NCBI GenBank assembly: GCA_012517855.1
Contig: JAAYUD010000114.1
Location: 13,217 to 77,216 of the forward strand
Source: Bacteroidales bacterium
Lineage (GTDB): Bacteria; Bacteroidota; Bacteroidia; Bacteroidales; Bacteroidaceae
Direction: 5' to 3'
Length of the DNA: 64,000 bases
The notes beneath the pieces are model-generated. The model searched no databases. It saw only the letters and a program-made list of their open reading frames with translations, and had not been told where the DNA came from. The translations under genes and the position numbers were made by a program. Position 1 is the stretch's first letter; each line of letters opens with the position of its first letter. This document shows positions 48,201 to 55,200 of the stretch, in pieces.

Positions 48201-48548
48201 GCCTCAAAGCATTGGACTCCAGACAACCCTATCACCAACGGGAATCCACGTATCATAGATGCCTATGGTGAGTATTTGGGATTGAGCAACTACATGGTAA
48301 GCAGCAGTGTTATAACAAACGCATCAATGATGCAAAGTGTTTCGTACTTTAAGTTAGGATCAATTTCCCTGGGATATTCATTGAAAGAATCTTGGATTAA
48401 AAAGTTCTGCTTGAGTTCGCTCTCACTTTCGGTTACCATGAATAATATTTTTATCTTAACCAACTACAAAGGTCTAGACCCTGAGACGCCGGGTGCTGTT
48501 TATCCAATGGCACGGACATATTCAATGGGAATATCTATAGGTTTTTAA
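45234..48548 (+). CDS. SusC/RagA family TonB-linked outer membrane protein
   Basis: 1104 aa. Carboxypeptidase-regulatory-like N-domain, TonB box DQVVVTGY, plug, C-terminal barrel ending in F. Confidence 0.9.
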   Translation: MNKLKFILFLCVCFISISLFSQQNTGKKNDAMILVKVVVVDKQGDPLPGASVKVSGKAQGVISDDKGRLSLWVDRNSLLVFSYIGMQQKSIKVTKPLSGVITLEDNVVSLDQVVVTGYTRTTKRRTTGSLATLSEKDLKTAPMANIDMLLQGKIAGVDVKAISGRPGETAKIRIRGTNTITGNAEPLWVVDGVPLQRDIPKISSSQILANNFNDIFSNGIAGINPNDIENVTVLKDASAAAIYGSRAAGGVIVITTKRGKEGKMNISYSANMSIVTSPPHNADLMNSKEKLAWEQELWNEFSQSHYANGEKYPVVGIVGMIRAGYGKYRGMTGTQQDAEIANLGAHTTDWFKELFQNSISQSHYLSFSGGSNRSTYYVSLGVSQNNGLVKKTNYDRYNMSAKIDMKPNDRVKLGFSFDMSMQKSTSPSLNVDPFQYAYFANPYERPFNSDGSYAADNTYFALRMANGAYDLPQPPSGYNIFREMDTTSSKSKNFTSSVIGNLDIRMTDNLSFEGMASYGYVVNNSDNINGKESNAAWNDRPFDSGSFTSKRTYGSIAQASSYNTNYNLRGQLHYFNTFKNDHYISVLLGSEIRGQYTKSIYEKRYGYDPVSGNSSMPTYPENANPSYSDLLSYAAIMDALSGQSISEDAFASFYFSMDYVFKQRYVASLTMRTDGSNNFGSKEQFNPTGSFGLSWNIDQEPFMKKFKPIISSMSMRTAFGYTGNINKSVYPQLVMDYESTFRKTDIDYYRMGSIRNAPNPRLRWEKNRDMKVSLDIGLFNERIHVQGELYDRRTSDAVTTITVPSTTGFSSQSYNTSELLNQGAELSLSAHIIKSSNWDLSMSANLSYNRNKLLKFNSPSSGLYAGNYVGYPLGSIFSGKMMGIDRKLGIYTYQARPDAVFSTPADRNNADNYLFYLGTSTAPTNGGYSINLSYKRLSINMGGSYSFGGKVLEDVSSPVSYSSISGTVVEPIPARINDLYVNHLNVSRNASKHWTPDNPITNGNPRIIDAYGEYLGLSNYMVSSSVITNASMMQSVSYFKLGSISLGYSLKESWIKKFCLSSLSLSVTMNNIFILTNYKGLDPETPGAVYPMARTYSMGISIGF

Positions 48549-48559
48549 CGAAAAAGAAT

Positions 48560-49963
48560 ATGAAGAAGTTATATATTTGTTTACTAATTGCTTTTATAGG
48601 AAGTTCGTGTAAAGGATATTTAGATATCAAACCTTACGGACGAACGATTCCTAAAACGGCCGAAGAATTCTCGGCGCTGATGCATAAACACTTGGACGAA
48701 TTGGACAACGGTAGTTCCAATTACTTTGTGGGCAATGCCCAATTGCTACTGCAATGGGATGTCGAATGTGGCGATGACTTTGAGGCTTGCCTTACCGAAC
48801 CGGGAGGCAACACTCTTGCTATCTATACAGGTTCGTTACTCAACATCTCATCGGCATCTGCAGAATATGCCCAATTATATGCCGTCATACGCGATTGTAA
48901 CATCGTTTTGGGTGAAATGAAAGAAGATGGGACGACCTTATCGAACAAAGTACGCGCTACAGCCTACGCTCTACGTGCCGTTTGTTATTACCAATTGTTG
49001 CGTACGTATTGCGAAGTACCCGAGACAGGTAAATTTGAGGAGCAATTAGGAGTTCCACTCGTCAAATCTTTCGACATGGAAGAGCGTCCTATAAGAAGTT
49101 CTATGCAAGCTACCATCGACTTGATCGAGAGTGACCTCAAAGCATCTATCAATTATGAATGTACAGACGACCTTTATCGCTTTACGCAAGATGTGTGCAA
49201 AGGCTATTTGGCACGGTTATATTTTTGGACCAAACAGTGGGACAAAGCTTTGGCATTATCACAAGAGATGCTAAAGAGTCACCCACTAATTGATGCAGAT
49301 GCTTACAAAACGATGATGCAAAGCACTTTCAAAATAAGTGGAAATCAAATCATTAAAGCCTATAGGTCGTATACCAGCAGCACAAGCACTGAATATACAG
49401 CAGCAGTCAATATTATCAAATTTCGTCCTGTAAGCAAAAGATTTATAAACCAATTCACCTCCGAAGAAAGGACAACCGACGTACGCTATTCAATAGATGT
49501 GAATAGAAAAAGACAAGCGATAAAGCCCTTTTTCTGTGGCATGAGGTCGGCTGAGTTCAAACTGATGGAAGCAGAATGCTACTATCACCTAAGCAAGCCC
49601 GACGAAGCATTGGCTTCAATCAATGATTTGCGCAGCCTCCGTATCAGTAATTATAAAGAATTTACGATGAACACACTACCGTCTCTCAACCCCGACGAGA
49701 TTATTAAGGTAGATGCAGAAGGCAAAGTTTTAACACCATTAATGGGTTTGATACTCAACGAACGTAGAAAAGAAATGTTCTTGGAAGGAGATCGTTTCTT
49801 TGAATTAAAGCGCAATGGCAGTCCCGAATTTTGGGTCGCTTATAACGGAAGGAAATATACAACACAGAAGTTTATGTATACATTCCCGCTGCCGGCGACC
49901 GATGTCGAAATCGTTCCGGGACTAAAACAGAATCCTGGATATACCGAACTCGTAACTAATTAA
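48560..49963 (+). CDS. SusD/RagB family nutrient-binding outer membrane lipoprotein
   Basis: Lipobox FIGSSC, position after SusC, C-terminal ERRKEMFLEGDRFFELKRNG block typical of SusD-like proteins. Confidence 0.8.
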   Translation: MKKLYICLLIAFIGSSCKGYLDIKPYGRTIPKTAEEFSALMHKHLDELDNGSSNYFVGNAQLLLQWDVECGDDFEACLTEPGGNTLAIYTGSLLNISSASAEYAQLYAVIRDCNIVLGEMKEDGTTLSNKVRATAYALRAVCYYQLLRTYCEVPETGKFEEQLGVPLVKSFDMEERPIRSSMQATIDLIESDLKASINYECTDDLYRFTQDVCKGYLARLYFWTKQWDKALALSQEMLKSHPLIDADAYKTMMQSTFKISGNQIIKAYRSYTSSTSTEYTAAVNIIKFRPVSKRFINQFTSEERTTDVRYSIDVNRKRQAIKPFFCGMRSAEFKLMEAECYYHLSKPDEALASINDLRSLRISNYKEFTMNTLPSLNPDEIIKVDAEGKVLTPLMGLILNERRKEMFLEGDRFFELKRNGSPEFWVAYNGRKYTTQKFMYTFPLPATDVEIVPGLKQNPGYTELVTN

Positions 49964-49980
49964 ATAAAGGAGAATACAAT

Positions 49981-50196
49981 ATGAAAATGACTATTCATCG
50001 TATCTATTTATTAATTATATTAATATGTAGCGTAGCATGTTTCACTTCATGCTCAAAAATAGACGAAGTACCTCCTCGTCAACAACAGAATTCGAGCTCT
50101 AAACATTATAAGATGCCGGACCCGACTCCGCTATCTGTTAATGAAAGCGACTCTGTCAATTCAATTAAAAATGAATATCGAAACAATACAAATTAA
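49981..50196 (+). CDS. Small hypothetical lipoprotein
   Basis: 71 aa, lipobox CFTSC, low-complexity mature part; in-operon position. Confidence 0.5.
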   Translation: MKMTIHRIYLLIILICSVACFTSCSKIDEVPPRQQQNSSSKHYKMPDPTPLSVNESDSVNSIKNEYRNNTN

Positions 50197-50221
50197 ATTA
50201 TAAACCCCAAATTGTATCATT

Positions 50222-51484
50222 ATGAGAAAATTTATTTATGCATTATTAGTGACATTGGTTGCTATAACGACATCGTGTTCAACAAGCGATAACACGGTAG
50301 TTCCTCAACTGAACCTGGGACAAGCGGCTTATACTTTAGCCAACGGTACGGTAAAAATAAAATTGGAAGCCGATGCTGCTCCTACCACTACAATGAACGT
50401 TCCTGTCACCATAAGCGGAACGGCTGTTGAAGGAACAGACTATACCATTTCAGGCAAATCTTTCGAACTAAAAGCGGGAGAAAAAGAAGCGTTCATTACA
50501 TTGACACGTGTAGCAGTTCAAGACAGCAAGGCACTTACCGTTACACTAGGAGCGGCTCCACAAGGATATGAGAATGGCACGATGAGCTATACGACAGTAA
50601 ATTTACTAGGAAAAGATGCTGCCGTATTCTCCTTTGAGAACTATGCCGACCAACTAACTCTGTCAAAGCAATACACCATCGTCCTCCAAAAAGCAGACGG
50701 TTCTATCTACAACGCCTCAACTGCAACAGAGTTTGAAGTAGAAGTAGACCCCTCTTCTACCGCAGTAGAAGGAACACACTTCAAGTTTACAAACAATGTA
50801 AAAACCTTTACTGTAAACGCAGGCAAATCTAAAGGAACGATTTCATTGGACTTCTTGAAACTGGAAACCGGTAAAAATACAATTGTCTTAAAGCTAAAAG
50901 AGAAAACAGGCTTCAACTACGGAAACAATGACAAATTGACTATTACAATCGTTGGCCCAACAACATTTAATGGCACATGGGCTTTTAGCCAAGTATCTCC
51001 GGACAATAAGACATGGTGGAATACTAGTTGGGGTGCAAATACAGATGACCTCATAACAGGAACAAGCGCCGACCAAATTAAGTTTGAAGGAAGCTCATAT
51101 CAATCATATACATTCACTCCAAACATTTCCGGCAAATTAAAGAATTATTTTGCATCTGCTTGCACTGCAACCTTTATGAATGAGCGTCAAGAGAAAATGC
51201 AAGAAGAAGGAGGTATGCCTCCACGTGAAGTAACTTTATCTGTTTTGAAGTTTGATAAAATCAATACCAATATCTCGGCAACAGATTCAAAAGTTCAGGC
51301 AGCTGTAGTAGGTTTCCGTATATTCAAAAATGACAATTCTGAAGAAATATTGGAATGTACCATCTACGATTATGAACCTACAGCCGACACATGGAAGGAC
51401 ATCTATGAAACAATGAAATACGATCCCAGTGACCCTATCATGTTGACTGCTCCAATACGTGTTTATTTCAAACGAGTAAAATAA
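50222..51484 (+). CDS. Surface lipoprotein with two Calx-beta-like repeats
   Basis: Lipobox ITTSC. Repeats contain GTAVEGTDY...FELKAGEKEAFITL and STAVEGTHF...FTVNAGKSKGTISL. Confidence 0.6.
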   Translation: MRKFIYALLVTLVAITTSCSTSDNTVVPQLNLGQAAYTLANGTVKIKLEADAAPTTTMNVPVTISGTAVEGTDYTISGKSFELKAGEKEAFITLTRVAVQDSKALTVTLGAAPQGYENGTMSYTTVNLLGKDAAVFSFENYADQLTLSKQYTIVLQKADGSIYNASTATEFEVEVDPSSTAVEGTHFKFTNNVKTFTVNAGKSKGTISLDFLKLETGKNTIVLKLKEKTGFNYGNNDKLTITIVGPTTFNGTWAFSQVSPDNKTWWNTSWGANTDDLITGTSADQIKFEGSSYQSYTFTPNISGKLKNYFASACTATFMNERQEKMQEEGGMPPREVTLSVLKFDKINTNISATDSKVQAAVVGFRIFKNDNSEEILECTIYDYEPTADTWKDIYETMKYDPSDPIMLTAPIRVYFKRVK

Positions 51485-51546
51485 AAGATTTAGAATAGAG
51501 AGAAAACTCTTTTCTCTAACAATATTCTACTTTAAATAATTAAAGC

Positions 51547-51581
51547 GAACCCCGAAAGTTTATAATCAACTTTCGGGGTTC
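51547..51581 (+). terminator. Terminator of the peptidase/SusCD operon
   Basis: 14-bp perfect stem GAACCCCGAAAGTT / AACTTTCGGGGTTC. Confidence 0.75.
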
Positions 51582-51875
51582 ACTACATTTTAAACGATAC
51601 CCTTATTTCGAATACCAAAGGACAAAGACTTCTTCACCGAAAAAACTGTTCCATTAGATATTTGAGTTCGGGATAAGAACTCAGATATATTGTTGCGAAT
51701 GCGGCGGTCTATATCCGTACGTCTCCGCCACAGTGTTGCAACGAAAGTCACAATGCTCTGCCAAAAAGGCTTTTAGACGTTCCATAATTCCTTTTTAAAA
51801 GGGCGAAGTCTGCGTAACATACTGATGAAAGTTGGTGCATATCAGAACGATTTTATCTTTTGTCCTAATAAAACT

Positions 51876-51985
51876 GTCGTTCCACATATGTGAGTTGATC
51901 GAATCACATATGAGTCGATCGAATCACATATATGAGTCGATCGTTCCACATATGTGATTCGATCAACTCACATATGTGGAACGAC
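51876..51985. repeat. Composite palindrome D (37-bp perfect arms; four direct units then inverted units)
   Basis: Arms 51876-51912 / 51949-51985 checked base by base. TCG-anchored units at 51877, 51899, 51919 and 51941 (spacing 22, 20, 22). Confidence 0.9.
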
Positions 51986-52223
51986 AAAACCTTAATGAGC
52001 CAACAGAAAGGCCTTAAATACGATAACCATGATTCAATAAGATGTGAACAAAAAGCCTTCTCTTAGGGAAGAACCGGACACTTCCATGTACGAGCGATAA
52101 GCAAGGGAGTCTGCATACGGTGCACACACCACAGATACCGAGTAATGACTTAATCAAAAGCCCCCAGTTAACTTTTATTACCAATTTATTTCATTTTGTC
52201 ATGCAATAACGGATATTAATTTG

Positions 52224-52231
52224 TATTTTTG
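52224..52231 (+). promoter_or_regulatory. Candidate -7 promoter box
   Basis: TATTTTTG matches TAnnTTTG, 58 nt upstream of ATG 52290. Confidence 0.4.
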
Positions 52232-52289
52232 TAATGAAAGGGATTACCTTTAAAGATAGAAAGTCAGAAACTACCAAACATCACTAAAT

Positions 52290-55200
52290 ATGAAAATAAA
52301 GTTTGCCATTGTCACATCGTTTTTACTCATTCTCTTTGCTGTAAATATTTCAGCGCAATCTTACGATAATTTGTGGAAACAAATTCTTGAAACACAGAAA
52401 AAAGAGTTACCTAAGACTGTCATTGGTCTATGCGATAAGGTTATTGCAAAAGCCAAAAAGGAAAACAACCATGGACAGTTGCTCCAAGCTTATTTTACAC
52501 GGATGGTTAGTAAAGGAAGCATTTCGAATGACAGCACCTACAGCCAGCTAAAAGAACTGGAGCAATGGGCTGCAACATCTAATCAACCTACAGAACGGAT
52601 GTTACTTCATTCCATCTTGGCAAACTTCTACGCCCAGTATGCCTCAAACAACCGTTACGAAATGCCTACCAATGTTACAGGAATAAAACCTGTAGAAGAC
52701 ATTAAAGAATGGACGAGAATACAATTTTGGGATGCAACAATCAAGCATCTGAATGCTTCTCTCGAAGATGAGAAATTGCTCCACTCCACCAACAGCGAAA
52801 AATATGTTCCCTTTGCAAAACAACAATGGGCAAGTATTTATTACAAGCACGACCTACTCCACGTACTTGGATATAAAGCGATAAATTCACTTGAAACATT
52901 CAGAAATGTCGCAGACAAGAATCAAAAAGTAGAAGTCTCTCAACGAATCGCTCAAATATACAACGACCTGATAACCATCTACAAGCAAGCGAATGAAGAA
53001 AGTGCCGTTATCCTCACCACGCTCGATAAACTCAGATTTGAATATCACCTTTCAGGCAACAAGCAGAAATATCTTTCTGGGTTGGAGCAACTGTTATCAC
53101 AAACAAACCCTTCAAACGAAGTGCGTGCCGAAATTCTAACCGCAAAAGCCCTTTATTATTCACAACAGAAGAAACAATATCTTAAGAAAGCACTTTCAAC
53201 CTACGAAGAGGCAATCACTCTTTACCCCAAGTATGCCCGCATAAATGTTGCCAAACAAGAGAAGGCATATATTACTCGACCGGTGGTAACATTGAAGAAT
53301 TTGGCAAACGTGGTATATCCCAATAGCAAAATAAGGATACTAGTCAATCATCGCAATGCAGATAGTTTTGATGTACTTTACTATCGTCTTCCCGAGAACT
53401 TACCTGCCAAAGATATTAAGATATCGAACTGTAAGTTAGAAAGCAGTCAACATTTTATACTGAAGAATTCGTCAGACTATCAAAGCAAAGAGGACTTATT
53501 TCAGATAAACACACCAGGATTTGGCACATACGCTGTTATAGTAAAGGAAGGAAACGATGAAAGCTATTTAAAAAAGGCTCCGGAAAGAATCATTCGCACG
53601 ACTAAGCTAAAAGTTCTAGTCATGCAAACCGACAAAAAGAAAATAGATGCCGTTGTAGTAGATGCCAATACTGGAGAACTCGTTAGCGGTGCTTCGGTCG
53701 AGTTGGCAAACAATAATGAAAAACTCATCGCAAAACAGACGACCGATGCTCAGGGTAGGACTACCTTCATTACAAATGGTAACAATACCAAAATAAGAGC
53801 AACAAAAAACGATGACAAATACATGGAATATCAGTTTATCTATAGTTGGTATCAACTATATTCGAGTGAGAAAAACACAACGAGCTATGCCAGATTAATA
53901 ACCGACCGCAGCATTTACAGACCAGGACAAACGGTGTATTTGAAAGGTATCGTATACAATCAGACAGGTGATAGTACCAAAGTCTGTCCAACCAAAACGC
54001 TCCATGTTTTGCTACGCGATGCCAATGAGCAGGAAATAGCAAACAAGGAAGTCACAACAAACGAATTCGGTTCTTTCAATTTGCAATTTATATTACCTTC
54101 GACATGCCTCAATGGCAGATTTACAATCCATACTGAAATGGGACAAACCTCATTCAATGTTGAAGAATATAAACGACCGACTTTCGAAGTAACAACCGAT
54201 GAAATAAAATCTACGTACAAACTGGGCGACACCATACATGTAACAGGTCATGCACAATCGTTCTCGGGTATTCCTATCACAAGCTGCTACGCCAAATATA
54301 CGGTCAATAGAAACAAATATATGAGATGGCGTACTTTGGGTCAGCAAATCATAGCAACCGATAGTGTAAAAATAAATGCCAACGGTCATTTCGATTTACC
54401 TGTTGCACTAACCTCCGAATCTCAAAATATAGATAATGACAATGAGGGAGAAGAGACACAAGTCATCGAGGCTGTAGAAGGCGACGATGATATACAATCG
54501 GATGAAACTACAGAGGAGGACGAAGAGAATGGACTCACCTATTATACTTTCAATGTAAATATCGAAGTCACCAATCTGGCAGGAGAAACACAAAATGGGA
54601 ACGTAGCATTGGCAGTAGGTTCCCAATCACTCATATTGAATCGCGCTTCGGAAGAAAATATTTGTAAAGACAAAGCGATCAAAGTACGCCTTGAAGCAAC
54701 CAATCTGCTGCAAAAGCCCGTTGATACGACTATCAATTACGCACTGTATTCGGTAAAAAAAGGAGAACAAAACAATCTTGTTGACAAGGGTAGCATTACA
54801 GCCAATAATTCTTTCGACAAAGAAGAATGGCGCAAACTGCCATCAGGCAAATACGAACTCCGAATGACAGCAACAGATTCGCAAGGCAGAGAAGTGAAGC
54901 GAACAGAAAGCCTCGTTTTATTCTCAGCTACCGATAAGCAACCGGCAGACGAAAGCAATATCTGGCTTTATATTCCCAATAAAGAGAAAAATGGCAAATG
55001 CTATACGGATCTCAAGCATCCTGCACAATTTTATTTTGGCACCGCGCAAAAGGATGCAACGATCTTGATGGACGTCTTCGCCGATGGGAAACGCATAGAG
55101 AGTAAAGTATTGAAACTGTCGAACGAGATAAAATCATTTGAGTATCCCTACAATCCATCCTACAAAGACGGTATTTCATTCAACTTCTGCTTTGTGAAAG

